Part shown: positions 21,168 through 31,642 of the stretch, piece by piece
Position numbering within the stretch: position 1 is the first letter of the stretch
How the letters are laid out: each line of letters starts with the position of its first letter
Assembly (NCBI GenBank): GCA_965203515.1
Contig: OZ241907.1
Coordinates: 3,040,001 to 3,104,000 of the forward strand
Direction of reading: 5' to 3'
DNA length: 64,000 nt
Origin: Spirochaetia bacterium
Lineage (GTDB): Bacteria; Spirochaetota; Spirochaetia; SZUA-6; Bin103
The notes under the pieces: generated by a model
What the model was told of the DNA's origin: nothing
Databases searched by the model: none
Seen by the model: only the letters and a program-made list of their open reading frames with translations
Program-made: the position numbers and the translations under genes

Positions 21168-21241
21168 GGTGGGTGATGGGGCTTGAACCCACAACATCCA
21201 GATCCACAGTCTGGCGCTCTACCGATTGAACTACACCCACC
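21168..21241 (-). tRNA. tRNA-His(GTG) with encoded G-1
   Basis: G-GTGGGTGTAGTTCAATCGG..CCAGACTGTGGATCTGG..GGTTCAAGCCC, C discriminator. Confidence 0.95.
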
Positions 21242-21258
21242 GTCGGTCGTGGACCGAC

Positions 21259-21287
21259 AGCTTCACCGCCGCCCGCCCCGTTGTCAA
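21259..21287 (-). promoter_or_regulatory. Putative promoter of the tRNA cluster
   Basis: Minus strand TTGACA-17 nt-GAAGCT, just upstream of tRNA-His. Confidence 0.5.
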
Positions 21288-21383
21288 GCCGGACCGCAGC
21301 CCGGCGAAGCCCTTCCCGGCCGTTCCTCCCCGGACGCCGTCCCTTCCCCGGACGGACCGCGCTCGGTGTAGAATGGACCGGCC

Positions 21384-22478
21384 GTGGCAAAGAGCTTTAC
21401 GTTAGCGATCTACCCCTGGGTATACAGCGCCAAGTTCGACGGGACGTGGCGCGAGGACTTTACCGAACAGCGGCATCTGAGCGCGGATGCCGAGGCCGCG
21501 CTGCCGAACGACGAGCAGGAGCGGCTCTACCTGGAGCGCAACCGGTTCGAGCAGCTCCCGCTGGTCAACTTCACCACGCAGTACGGGCTGGCCTGCTTCG
21601 AGGGCCTCAAGGCGTTCCCGCAGCCGGACGGCTCGCTGTCGCTGTTCCGCCCCCTCGACAACGGCCTGCGCATGGCGCGTTCGATGGAGGGGCTGCTCAT
21701 GCCGCCCTTCCCCGCCGACACCTTCGTCCGCGCCGTCCGGCAGGTCGTGGAGCGCAACCGGGCGCTCGGCTTCACGCCCGCCTACGACCCGGCGTGGGAG
21801 GCGGACGACTTCATCGCCGCCGACACGGTCTACGTCCGGCCGTTCACCTACGCCGAGTCCGGGATCGGCGTCGATCTGTCGGTGCAGCCGTGGGTCATCA
21901 TCGTCAACACCACGGTCGGCTCGTACTTCAGCCTGGACGGCGACACCTCCACCACCACCACGCGGCGCGTGCGCGCCACGCCGGGAGGCACCGGCTGGAT
22001 CAAGTGCAGCGGCAACTACGTCACCAGCGCGCTGGCCAAGAAGGAGGCGGAGGCGGCCGGCTGCATGGAGGCGATCTTCCTCGATTCCGCCGAGCACCGG
22101 TACCTGGAGGAAGGCTCCTCCTGCAACCTGTTCGCGGTGCTGACGGGCGGCACCCTGGTCACGCCCTCCCTGGGCGACACCATCCTGCCCGGCATCACGC
22201 GCCAGTCGGTGATGACCCTGGCCGAAGAAGAGGGCATGACGGTCGAGGAGCGCCGCGTGTCGGTGGAGGAGGTATGCGACGACGCGGTCGAGTTCTTCGG
22301 CACCGGCACCGCCGCCGGGGTCGCGCACTTCGGCTCGCTCACGCACGCAGGGCGGACGGTGACGTTCGGAGACGGGAAGATCGGCCCGCGCGCCCTGCAC
22401 TTCCTGCGGCAGCTCAAGGGCATCCAGTTCGGGCGCCTGCCGGACCGGCACGGCTGGATGGTGCCGGTGGCGGCGTGA
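21384..22478 (+). CDS. ilvE: Branched-chain amino acid aminotransferase (class IV)
   Basis: YGLACFEGLKAF, KCSGNY, EEGSSCNLF, ILPGITRQS, GTGTAA; TAGAAT upstream. Confidence 0.9.
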   Translation: MAKSFTLAIYPWVYSAKFDGTWREDFTEQRHLSADAEAALPNDEQERLYLERNRFEQLPLVNFTTQYGLACFEGLKAFPQPDGSLSLFRPLDNGLRMARSMEGLLMPPFPADTFVRAVRQVVERNRALGFTPAYDPAWEADDFIAADTVYVRPFTYAESGIGVDLSVQPWVIIVNTTVGSYFSLDGDTSTTTTRRVRATPGGTGWIKCSGNYVTSALAKKEAEAAGCMEAIFLDSAEHRYLEEGSSCNLFAVLTGGTLVTPSLGDTILPGITRQSVMTLAEEEGMTVEERRVSVEEVCDDAVEFFGTGTAAGVAHFGSLTHAGRTVTFGDGKIGPRALHFLRQLKGIQFGRLPDRHGWMVPVAA

Positions 22479-22545
22479 CCGCAGACGGCCGCCTCTCCTG
22501 CCGGACCGGCACGGCTGGATGGCGCCGGTTGCGGCGTGACCGCAG
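22436..22545 (+). repeat. 49-bp direct repeat of the ilvE 3' end (22436-22484 and 22497-22545)
   Basis: 47/49 identical; includes the stop codon. Confidence 0.9.
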
Positions 22546-22551
22546 CCCGGC

Positions 22552-24279
22552 CTAACGGCGCAACGAAACGGTAGCTAGGCGGCCGGCGCGCATGCCGGCC
22601 GCCGCCTGCAGGGCGCGGTCGACCCGCCGGTGCTGGCCGCGTATCGCCTCCGCGCCGGCCTCGAACCAGCCGGACGCCTCCTGCTCGGCCGGCAGCTTGC
22701 GGCGGATGCGCGCCGGCGCCAGCTCGCCGAAGTAGTAGCCGAGCGTCCGCTCGCCGTTGTGCGCCAGGTACGCCTGGAACTCGTTCCGCATCAAGTCCTC
22801 CCAGGCGGTATCGTAGCCGAGGGCGGCCAGATAGGAGCGCCACGCATGGCGCGCCGGCTCGCCGATCTCCTGCCACAGGGCGGCGATCTCGGCTCGGTAC
22901 CCGGCGTCGACGAAGTAGACGCCGTGCGCGGCCTCGTGCCGCAGGAGCAATGCGCGCTGCGCCGGCGGCGACTCCCGGCTGATCGACAGCACCGCGCCGC
23001 CCCGCTCACCGACCTGCCAGCCGGTCCGGTCTCCCTGCCCGGCGGCGCGGATCACGCGCTCGGCCGCCAGGAAGTCGCGCAGCCACCGCTCCCGGTCGTT
23101 GAGCGGCACGCCGGCCCGCCCGGCCTCCGTGAAGAACCGCGCCAGGTCGGCGGCGGCGTAGTCGTGGGCGTTGTAGCCGTAGCGGCCGTCCAGCTCCCGA
23201 TCGCTCCACACCGTGCCCCGGAAGCCGGCCTTCTCCACGTAGTAGGCGAGCCGGCGAAACAGGTCCTCCTGGATCGCGTAGCTGGCGGTATCGAAGATCA
23301 ACACTTCGGGCAGGGCGTTCCAGCGGAACACCTCCCACGCCGCGCCGCGCCATGCGCTCTGCGGGTAGGCCATGATCGTGTCGAGGTCGGCCGGCAGCGG
23401 CGCCGCGCCGGCCGCGGTCCGGCCGACCTGCAGATAGCGGACCGTGCCGCCGGCGTGGCCGAGCGCCTGCACCTCGACCGGCACGAACCCCAACACCGCC
23501 TCGTGCAGGTGGATCGACCGTTCGCCGGCGGTCAACACCACCGCCACGGTCGCACGCCGCTCCGCGCCGGCGCCGCCGCCGTCCGACACCGACAGCAGCA
23601 GCTCACCGGTGCCGCCGGTGGCCGGCGGCGTGAAGCTCGACCGCACCATCAGCGTCCGGCCCGGCTGCGGAGCGGCGTGCGGAGCCGGCAGGCGGACCGC
23701 CAGATCGAGGATGCCGCCGGCGTCCGCCGTGGTGCCGGGCGGCAGGTGCGCGTCGACGCCGACGTGCAGCACACCGTCGATCAGCGCCACGCCGGTGCGC
23801 GCCGGCGCGATGCCGGCGGCCGTCAGGTCGAGCGTACCGACCGGCTCGCCGGTCCACAGCCGGAAGCCGCGCAGCGGGCCGGCCGGCACCGGAAGCTGGC
23901 GGTGGACCGGCACGCCGCCGCCGGCCGTGAGCCGATAGCGGCCGATTTCGCCGCCGTCTTCGGCCACCACGCTCACGGTCGCTTCCGCCAACGTGGTGCG
24001 GTACTGGAGGTAGAGCACCTGGCCGGCGCCGACCGTCACGGCGGTGCGCGGGTGCAGGATTCCGGTCGCCGCGATCCCTTCGGCCGGCGCCAGCCGCGCG
24101 TGGCGGCTGCCGTCGACGGAGCTGACGCGCAACGTGCTCCGCCGGCCGTCGGCGGCGTCGAAGCGGGCGTCGGTAGCGGCGGAGGAGCAGCCGAGCGCCA
24201 GCAGCGCCGCGCCGGTCGCCGCCGCGCGGGCGATCGCCGCGCCGGCGCCCGCCGGCCCGCCCGCGCCGGTCAGCCGCAC
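22552..24279 (-). CDS. Hypothetical lipoprotein with a C-terminal HExxH motif
   Basis: Lipobox LLALGC; LLRHEAAHG..NEFQAY; GTG start overlapping the upstream gene. Confidence 0.7.
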   Translation of the reverse strand: MRLTGAGGPAGAGAAIARAAATGAALLALGCSSAATDARFDAADGRRSTLRVSSVDGSRHARLAPAEGIAATGILHPRTAVTVGAGQVLYLQYRTTLAEATVSVVAEDGGEIGRYRLTAGGGVPVHRQLPVPAGPLRGFRLWTGEPVGTLDLTAAGIAPARTGVALIDGVLHVGVDAHLPPGTTADAGGILDLAVRLPAPHAAPQPGRTLMVRSSFTPPATGGTGELLLSVSDGGGAGAERRATVAVVLTAGERSIHLHEAVLGFVPVEVQALGHAGGTVRYLQVGRTAAGAAPLPADLDTIMAYPQSAWRGAAWEVFRWNALPEVLIFDTASYAIQEDLFRRLAYYVEKAGFRGTVWSDRELDGRYGYNAHDYAAADLARFFTEAGRAGVPLNDRERWLRDFLAAERVIRAAGQGDRTGWQVGERGGAVLSISRESPPAQRALLLRHEAAHGVYFVDAGYRAEIAALWQEIGEPARHAWRSYLAALGYDTAWEDLMRNEFQAYLAHNGERTLGYYFGELAPARIRRKLPAEQEASGWFEAGAEAIRGQHRRVDRALQAAAGMRAGRLATVSLRR

Positions 24280-24944
24280 GCGGCAGCCGGGATGCCCAGG
24301 CCGGGCAGGTCGAGCCGTCGTTCCACCACCGGACGCAACGCCGCGGCGACCCGTTCGGGCGAAAGCGCATGGCCCCGTTCGGCCAGCGTGGTGCAGAACG
24401 CGGCGTGCGCGCGCCGCGCCCGGTAGTCCGGCTCCCGGACCGGATGCCGCAGGTACCGGCCGAACAGCGTCAGGTCGCAGCGGACCAGCAGGCTCGACTG
24501 GTAGAAGAGCACGTTGCGGCGCCGGAACAGCGAAGCGCCGAGCACCTTGCGGTCGCCGATCGCCAAGTCGCAGATGCCCTGCGGGCGCACGCCGCTCACG
24601 CCCAGCCCGGCGAGCGCTTCCGCCACCCAGGCGTTGATCGCGCACAGGTGCTCGCGGTTGCGGTACGCGGAGTCGACCGCCGCCACCAGCGCCAGGACGA
24701 GCTGCCCGGGAGCGAGCAGGACGGTGCCGCCGCCGCCGCGCCGCCGCAGCAACGGCACGCCGTCGGCGCGCGCCCGCTCGACGTACACGTCGGTCTGCGC
24801 CCGGCCGGCGGCGCCGAACACGATGGCCGGCTCCGCCGGCTCGTAGATGCGCCACGCGGGCCGGCCGGTACGCTCGTGCCGGTCGAGCAGCGCGTCGTTG
24901 ACGCCGGCCGACTCCGGTTCGAGCGCCGGGCGGTCATGCGCCAA
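24270..24944 (-). CDS. Lipoate-protein ligase/octanoyltransferase family protein (catalytic domain only)
   Basis: RRRGGGGTV, GICDLAIGDRKVLGAS. Confidence 0.85.
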   Translation of the reverse strand: MAHDRPALEPESAGVNDALLDRHERTGRPAWRIYEPAEPAIVFGAAGRAQTDVYVERARADGVPLLRRRGGGGTVLLAPGQLVLALVAAVDSAYRNREHLCAINAWVAEALAGLGVSGVRPQGICDLAIGDRKVLGASLFRRRNVLFYQSSLLVRCDLTLFGRYLRHPVREPDYRARRAHAAFCTTLAERGHALSPERVAAALRPVVERRLDLPGLGIPAAACG

Positions 24945-26145
24945 AGCGGCGCCGTTTGCCCGCGTACCCGGCGGCGATCGGCAGCAGGGCGTTGGCGGGC
25001 AGCACGCCCCACGCGCCGGCCGCGCAGTCGCGTTCGCCGAATGCGCGGACGGCGTCGGGCCGGCCGGCGGCGGCGCGGATCAGGAACGGCACCGGGTGCT
25101 CGGTGTGGGTGCGCGCCACCGCCGGGGTGGAGTGATCGCCGGTGACGATCAACACGTCCGGGGCGAGCGCCAGGATGTCCGGCAAGGCGGCGTCGACCCG
25201 CTCGATCTCCGCGACCTTGGCGTCGAAATCGCCGTCCTCGCCGGCCGAGTCGGTCTGCTTGTGGTGCACGAAGAAGAAGCGGTGCGCGCCCGACCACGCT
25301 GCGGCGAGCGCCGTGAGCTGCCCGTCCAGGTCGTCGAGCCCTTCGATCACGTCCATGCCGGCCAGGCGGCTGACCCCCTTGTAGTCGGGATAGACCGCGA
25401 TCGCCAGGCCGCGCATGGCGAACCGCCGGTGCAGCGGCGGCAGCGCCGGGCGCACGGCGAAGCCGCGCAGCAGCAGGTCGTTGGCCGGCCGTCGGCCGGC
25501 CAGCCGCTCGCGCGCCTGCCGCAGGAAGTCGGCGACGATGCGGGCGGTCGGCTCGGCGGCCGGCTCCAGCGCGCGCGGCGCGAGCGCCGGAACGCCGGTA
25601 CGCTGCGGGTCGGTGTCGGCGATCCGGTCGGAGAGCGCCGGTCCGCGCAGCACCGCCACCGCCCGGTAGTCCTTCACCGGCCGTACGAACAGCTCGGCCC
25701 CGGCCAGCTCGATACCGTCGAGCAGCGCGCACAGCTCGGCGCAGACCTCGGTCGCGATCCTCCCGGCGCGCCGGTCGGTGATGCGCCCGCCGGCATCGCT
25801 GGAGGCAAAGTTGAGCCGCGCCGCCACGTCGCCGTCCCGTAGCGGGAAGCCGATTCCCAAGGCGGCCACCAGACCGCGGCCTACCGGCGCGTCGAGCGGG
25901 TCGTAGCCGAACAGCGCCAAGTGGCCCGGCGCCGAGCCGGGCGCCACGCCGTAGCCGACCGGCAGGTGCAGGCCGCATTCGCCGGCCGCCGCGGCGGCAT
26001 CCAGGTTGGTCGTGCGGGCGCTCTCCAGCTCGGTGCGGCCGCCCGGCTCACGCGGCAGCCCGCCGAGCCCGTCGAGCACCAGCAGCACGATGCGCCGGTC
26101 GTTTTCCTGGGCCAGCGCCGCCAGCCGGTCATCACGATTCCGCAT
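24934..26145 (-). CDS. apgM: 2,3-bisphosphoglycerate-independent phosphoglycerate mutase, ApgM type
   Basis: LVLDGLG, PGSAPGHLALFGYDP, TDSAGEDG, VTGDHSTP. Confidence 0.9.
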   Translation of the reverse strand: MRNRDDRLAALAQENDRRIVLLVLDGLGGLPREPGGRTELESARTTNLDAAAAAGECGLHLPVGYGVAPGSAPGHLALFGYDPLDAPVGRGLVAALGIGFPLRDGDVAARLNFASSDAGGRITDRRAGRIATEVCAELCALLDGIELAGAELFVRPVKDYRAVAVLRGPALSDRIADTDPQRTGVPALAPRALEPAAEPTARIVADFLRQARERLAGRRPANDLLLRGFAVRPALPPLHRRFAMRGLAIAVYPDYKGVSRLAGMDVIEGLDDLDGQLTALAAAWSGAHRFFFVHHKQTDSAGEDGDFDAKVAEIERVDAALPDILALAPDVLIVTGDHSTPAVARTHTEHPVPFLIRAAAGRPDAVRAFGERDCAAGAWGVLPANALLPIAAGYAGKRRRFGA

Positions 26146-26177
26146 AAGCCGATTTCCCGAACGGTGCGGGGCGCCAT

Positions 26178-26251
26178 CGCGTCCAAGAGGACTCGAACCT
26201 CTGACCCGCAGCTTAGAAGGCTGCTGCTCTATCCCGCTGAGCTATGGACGC
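26178..26251 (-). tRNA. tRNA-Arg(TCT)
   Basis: GCGTCCATAGCTCAG..GCAGCCTTCTAAGCTGC..GGTTCGAGTCC. Confidence 0.95.
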
Positions 26252-26339
26252 CCACGTCCGGGTGAGAGTCTGCCGAATCGGCGCGGTGAGCGGCAAGTGC
26301 GCCCCGTTCGCCGCGGCCGCGCCGCCGCGCGCCGTTCGG

Positions 26340-26368
26340 TTGACGGCGGCGGTCCCCTTCGCTACGCT
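26340..26368 (+). promoter_or_regulatory. Promoter of tRNA-Pro (and probably glyA)
   Basis: TTGACG-17 nt-TACGCT followed by a GC-rich stretch. Confidence 0.6.
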
Positions 26369-26400
26369 GCGCGCCTGCGCTGGCCGGGCCGCCGACCCCG

Positions 26401-26473
26401 CGGGATGTAGCCTAGTGGCCAAGGCGCCTGCTTTGGGGGCAGGAGATCGGAGGTTCGAGTCCTCTCATCCCGA
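26401..26473 (+). tRNA. tRNA-Pro(TGG)
   Basis: CGGGATG acceptor stem, CCTGC-TTTGGGG-GCAGG anticodon arm, GGTTCGAGTCC. Confidence 0.95.
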
Positions 26474-26488
26474 ACGGATGTACCGCTG

Positions 26489-27895
26489 ATGAAGACACTC
26501 GCCGACACGATGACCGCGCTCGCCGACCGGGTGGCCGCCAATAACCGATGGCGCCAGCGCGAGTGCATCAATCTGATCCCGTCGGAGACCACGCCCAGTC
26601 TGCTGGTGAAGGCGTGCGAGGTGGCCGACGCCGCCGGGCGCTATGCCGAGCACCGCCGCCTGAAGGGGGCGGAGGTCTACTTCTACCAGGGCACCGACTT
26701 CATCCGGGAGATCGAGGAAGAGGTGCATGCGGAGGCGCGGCGCTTCTTCGGCTGCGACCGGGTAGAGGCGCGGCCGGTCAGCGGCCAGCTCGCCAACATC
26801 GTCGTCTTCGAAGCGTTGCTGCGCCTGAAGAATCGCGGCAACGACGGTCCCCTGCGGCGACTGTCGTCGGTGATCAACAACGGCCTGATCGAAGGCGGCC
26901 ACCTGAGCGCCCAGTCGATGGGGGCGCTGTTCAACGCGATCGACCGCGACGCCGCCGGCGCCGAGCGCGCCTATCCGATCCCGGTGCGGGCCGACAATCC
27001 CTATCTGGCGGACACGGAGCGGCTGCTGGCGCTGATCGGCGAACGGCGCCCGGACCTGATCGTGTTCGGCAAGAGCATGTTCCTGCACCCGGAGCCGGTT
27101 CGCGCGGTGGCCGACCTGACCGCCGGATGGGACGAGGCGCCGCTGCTGATGTTCGACATGGCGCACGTGCTCGGCCTCTACGGCGCCTTCCAGGCGCCGC
27201 TCGCCGAGGGCGCGGCGGTCGTCACCGGCAGCACGCACAAGACCTTCTTCGGCCCGCAGCGCGGCGTGGTGCTCGGCTCTCCGGCGGCTCGCCCGCTGTG
27301 GCCGCACGTGCGGCACCGCGCCTGTCCCGGTACCACCAGCAACCATCACCTCGGTACGCTGATCGGCTTTCTGGCGGCGCTGTATGAGATGAATGCCTGC
27401 AGGGACGACTATCAGCGCCAGGTGATCGGCAACGCGCGCGCGTTCGCGCAGGCGCTGGCCGCCGCCGGCATCGCCGTGGAAGGGGGCGAGTCGGAGGGCT
27501 ACACCCACACCCATCAGGTGATCGTCCGCGTCGCGCCGGCGCTGGCCGGCCAGCAGGCGGCGGAACGCCTGGAGCGCAACAACATCATCGCCAACTATCA
27601 GGCGCTGCCGGGCGACGAAGGCTTCGCCGTCTCCGGCGGCGTGCGGCTGGGCGTCCAGGAGATGACCCGGTACGGCATGCAGCAGGCCGACTTCGAAACC
27701 CTCGCCGAGCTGATCGCGCGGGTCGTGCTGCGCGATGAGGAGGTGCGCGACGAGGTGGTCGCCCTGCGCGGCCGATTCCTGGACATGCGCTACTGCCTGC
27801 CGGCCGACCAGGCGATCCCGCTGGCCATGCGCATGCTGGAGCCGATGTTCCCGGTCGCTGCGGACGCGGTCGGCTCGCTGGTCGGGGCGGCGTGA
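26489..27895 (+). CDS. glyA: Serine hydroxymethyltransferase
   Basis: [47 protein letters not shown]. Confidence 0.9.
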   Translation: MKTLADTMTALADRVAANNRWRQRECINLIPSETTPSLLVKACEVADAAGRYAEHRRLKGAEVYFYQGTDFIREIEEEVHAEARRFFGCDRVEARPVSGQLANIVVFEALLRLKNRGNDGPLRRLSSVINNGLIEGGHLSAQSMGALFNAIDRDAAGAERAYPIPVRADNPYLADTERLLALIGERRPDLIVFGKSMFLHPEPVRAVADLTAGWDEAPLLMFDMAHVLGLYGAFQAPLAEGAAVVTGSTHKTFFGPQRGVVLGSPAARPLWPHVRHRACPGTTSNHHLGTLIGFLAALYEMNACRDDYQRQVIGNARAFAQALAAAGIAVEGGESEGYTHTHQVIVRVAPALAGQQAAERLERNNIIANYQALPGDEGFAVSGGVRLGVQEMTRYGMQQADFETLAELIARVVLRDEEVRDEVVALRGRFLDMRYCLPADQAIPLAMRMLEPMFPVAADAVGSLVGAA

Positions 27896-28458
27896 TGGCG
27901 GCCGTGCCGACCCGCGCGGAGGCGTGGGAGCTGGTGCAGCGCTACATCGAATCGCCGGCGCTGCGCAATCATTGCCAGGCGGTGGAGGCGGTGATGCGCG
28001 CCGAGGCGCAGGCGGCCGGCGAGGACCCGGACGCGTGGGGGGTGATCGGCCTGGTCCACGACCTGGACTGGGAGCGGTTCCCGGAAGAGCACTGCCGCAA
28101 GACCGAGGCGATCCTGACCGAAGCGGGGTGGCCGGCCGACTACGTGCGCGCGGTGCTGTCGCACGGCTGGCAGATCTGCACCGACGTGGAGCCGCGCAGC
28201 CGGCTGGAAAGGACCCTCTACGCGGTCGACGAGCTGGTCGGCTTCGTCACCGCCTGCGCGCTGGTGCGCCCGTCGAAGAGCGTGCGCGACCTGGAGGTCA
28301 AGTCGGTGCGCAAGAAGTGGAAGCAGAAGGGGTTCGCCGCCGGGGTCGACCGGGCCGTGATCGAGCGCGGCTGCGCCATGCTCGGCCGCGACCTCGACGA
28401 CCTGATCGGCGCCGTCATCGCCGGCATGCGGCCGGTGGCCGCGCAGATCGATCTGTAG
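27892..28458 (+). CDS. HD/HDIG-domain hydrolase
   Basis: [33 protein letters not shown]. Confidence 0.88.
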   Translation: MMAAVPTRAEAWELVQRYIESPALRNHCQAVEAVMRAEAQAAGEDPDAWGVIGLVHDLDWERFPEEHCRKTEAILTEAGWPADYVRAVLSHGWQICTDVEPRSRLERTLYAVDELVGFVTACALVRPSKSVRDLEVKSVRKKWKQKGFAAGVDRAVIERGCAMLGRDLDDLIGAVIAGMRPVAAQIDL

Positions 28459-28469
28459 GAGCGCCAAAA

Positions 28470-28886
28470 GTGGACAAGACCGTGGACAAGGTGGCCAAGA
28501 CCGACGCCGAGTGGCGGCGCGAGCTCTCCGACCAGGAGTATCGGGTGACGCGCCGCAAGGGGACCGAGGCGCCGTTCACGGGCCGGTACTGGCGCAGCAA
28601 GGAGCCGGGCACCTACCGCTGCCGCTGCTGCGGACAGGCGCTGTTCGACTCCGCCGACAAGTTCGACTCCGGCACCGGCTGGCCCAGCTTCACCGCCCCG
28701 CGCGATGGCCGCGCGGTGCGGACGGAGGAGGACCGCTCGCTGTTCATGCGCCGCACCGAGGTGCTGTGCGCCCGCTGCGACGCCCATCTGGGCCACGTCT
28801 TCGACGACGGCCCGGCGCCGACCGGTGCGCGCTACTGCATCAACTCCGCGTCGCTGCGCCTCGACCCGGCGGCGCGCGTACCCTGA
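28470..28886 (+). CDS. msrB: Peptide methionine-R-sulfoxide reductase
   Basis: [33 protein letters not shown]. Confidence 0.96.
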   Translation: MDKTVDKVAKTDAEWRRELSDQEYRVTRRKGTEAPFTGRYWRSKEPGTYRCRCCGQALFDSADKFDSGTGWPSFTAPRDGRAVRTEEDRSLFMRRTEVLCARCDAHLGHVFDDGPAPTGARYCINSASLRLDPAARVP

Positions 28887-28947
28887 CCCGAACCTTTCCG
28901 GTTGATCGCGGTCCCCGATTTCGGTATCTTCCGGCCGCTCTACGACC

Positions 28948-29325
28948 ATGGCTGATTCGGAGGACGCGACCGTCAAGACCCCGGTCGATCGGATGCGCGA
29001 CAAGCTGCTGAGCCTCAAACGCGGGATCCTGCAGCACTTGGCCGAAGAGGACTCCCTGGCGCGCGGCGCCCTGGGCAGCCTGGACCCCAAGGACTTGGCC
29101 GACGTCGCCACCGAGGACATGGACCGCAAGACGCTGGAGACGCTCGGCGCTCAGGAGGTGCGGCGCCTCAATCTGATCCAGTCGGCGCTGGCGCGGATTC
29201 AGACCGGTCATTACGGAGCCTGCATGCGGTGCGGCGACCGGCTCCCCGACGAACGGCTGGAGGCGCTGCCGTACGCGCTGTTCTGCGTTCCGTGCCAGTC
29301 GGCGGAGGAACGCCGCAACCGTTGA
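28948..29325 (+). CDS. TraR/DksA C4 zinc-finger protein
   Basis: DLADVA coiled-coil tip, YGACMRC..RLEALP..CVPCQ. Confidence 0.9.
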   Translation: MADSEDATVKTPVDRMRDKLLSLKRGILQHLAEEDSLARGALGSLDPKDLADVATEDMDRKTLETLGAQEVRRLNLIQSALARIQTGHYGACMRCGDRLPDERLEALPYALFCVPCQSAEERRNR

Positions 29326-29354
29326 AGCGGGGGGCCTTCAGCGCGGCCGGGGCA

Positions 29355-29984
29355 TCAGCACGGCCGTTTGTACGCGCAGGCGACCCGCATGCCGGCGCCC
29401 ACGCCGGCCAGCCGCACCGCGAACGTCGATCGGTCCGCGCCGCGCGGCGCCGCCGCGTCGTCGAGCTGCAGCGCCGGATGGCAGGCGAAAAGCACCCGCG
29501 CCTGCACGTGGTAATCCAGGAAGTCGGTCGCGAACAGTATCCGCCCGCCCGCCGCCAGCGCGTTCACCATGCGGTCCAGGACGCCGCCGCGCAGCAGGCG
29601 CCGGCGACGGTGGCGCGCCTTGGGCCACGGGTCCGGGAAATAGAGGTGGAACGCGTGGACGCTCCCCGGCGGCAGACGGTCGATCACCTCCTCGGCGCGG
29701 CCGTTGATCACGAACGCGTTGCTGAGCCCCCGGCGCTGCAGCTTCCGCTGCGCCTTCTCGCACCGGCGCTGCTTGAGGTCGATGCCGACGCAGACGCGGT
29801 CCGGCCGGGCCGCCGCGTAGTCGGCAAGGAAGATGCCGTTGCCGCAACCGATCTCGACCTCCAGCCGCGCACCGGCGGCGGCGGCCAGCGCCGCCTGCAG
29901 CGCCGGCGCATGGAGGTGACGCTCACCACCGCCCGGATGCCGGCCCACACCAACGGCCAGCCCGCCTGCATGGTCGCCGGCCAC
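29355..29984 (-). CDS. trmB: tRNA (guanine-N7)-methyltransferase
   Basis: EIGCGNG, YFPDPWPKARH.RRRL, ATD. Confidence 0.88.
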   Translation of the reverse strand: MAGDHAGGLAVGVGRHPGGGERHLHAPALQAALAAAAGARLEVEIGCGNGIFLADYAAARPDRVCVGIDLKQRRCEKAQRKLQRRGLSNAFVINGRAEEVIDRLPPGSVHAFHLYFPDPWPKARHRRRRLLRGGVLDRMVNALAAGGRILFATDFLDYHVQARVLFACHPALQLDDAAAPRGADRSTFAVRLAGVGAGMRVACAYKRPC

Positions 29985-30019
29985 GGCGGGTCAGGCGGGC
30001 GGCCGGCCGGTGAGCGCCG

Positions 30020-30649
30020 TCAGGACTTCTTGCTGCGCGCGTAGTCGACGTTCACGCGCCGCCCGTTCAGGGTCTCGCCGCTGATCTTGTCGATCGCCGC
30101 CTGGGCGAACTCCGACGGCACTTCGATGAAGGAGAAGTTGTCGAGGACCCTCACCTCGCCAAGGTGGTCGTGCGGCAGGTCCAGCTTGGCGACGAACAGG
30201 TCGGCCAGCATCTGACGCGACACCCGCCGGCTGCGCCCGACGCTCACGAACAGGCGCGCCATCTCATCACCGCCACCGTCGGCCTCCGGCGGGGCCGCGT
30301 CCTCCCGCGCAACGGGCGAGCCGGCCGCGCTGGTTGACTCCGCATCGGCGGCGCGCTCGCTGCGCTCGGCGGGTCGCTCGACGGGCGCGGGTCGCTCGGC
30401 GGGCCGCGGCGGCTTCCGATCGGTCGCAACGGGGCGGTCGCGTCCGGCAGCCGCGCGCGGCACACCGGCGCCGACCGCCTCCTGCAGCAGGTAGGCCGGC
30501 AGGTACCGGCGCACCGACAGCGGCAAGGCGGTCCGTATCTGCCGGCGGATCACCTTGAGGCGTTCCAAATCGGCGTCTTCGCGGATGTGGCGCTCGAATT
30601 GGTCGAGCAGGTCCTTGAATCGAGGATCGACCGGGTCGTCGCTTGCCAA
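30020..30649 (-). CDS. DbpA RNA-binding-domain protein (no helicase domain)
   Basis: RLFVSVGR..GEVRVLDNFSFIEV..GRRVNVDYAR. Confidence 0.85.
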   Translation of the reverse strand: MASDDPVDPRFKDLLDQFERHIREDADLERLKVIRRQIRTALPLSVRRYLPAYLLQEAVGAGVPRAAAGRDRPVATDRKPPRPAERPAPVERPAERSERAADAESTSAAGSPVAREDAAPPEADGGGDEMARLFVSVGRSRRVSRQMLADLFVAKLDLPHDHLGEVRVLDNFSFIEVPSEFAQAAIDKISGETLNGRRVNVDYARSKKS

Positions 30650-30821
30650 GGGTGATCTCCGGTAGCGTTATGGTGGCATCGGCACGGTGCGCGGCGCGGG
30701 CGGCAGCGTATGCGCATATACCGCACCTCCGGTGACCGGCCTGCCAAGCACGGTAGGGATCGCTCTCCGGTTTGTCAAACTCCGGCTCGGCGATGAGCGC
30801 GCCCTGCGCCGCGCGCCCGGG

Positions 30822-31613
<792 letters not shown>

Positions 31614-31642
31614 GCTCGCTCCCTGGCGTCGGTCCCGGCGTC

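Noticed and set aside
20766..21241. tRNA cluster as an integration site
   Set aside because: No duplicated tRNA 3' end or integrase was seen, and the flanks are housekeeping genes.
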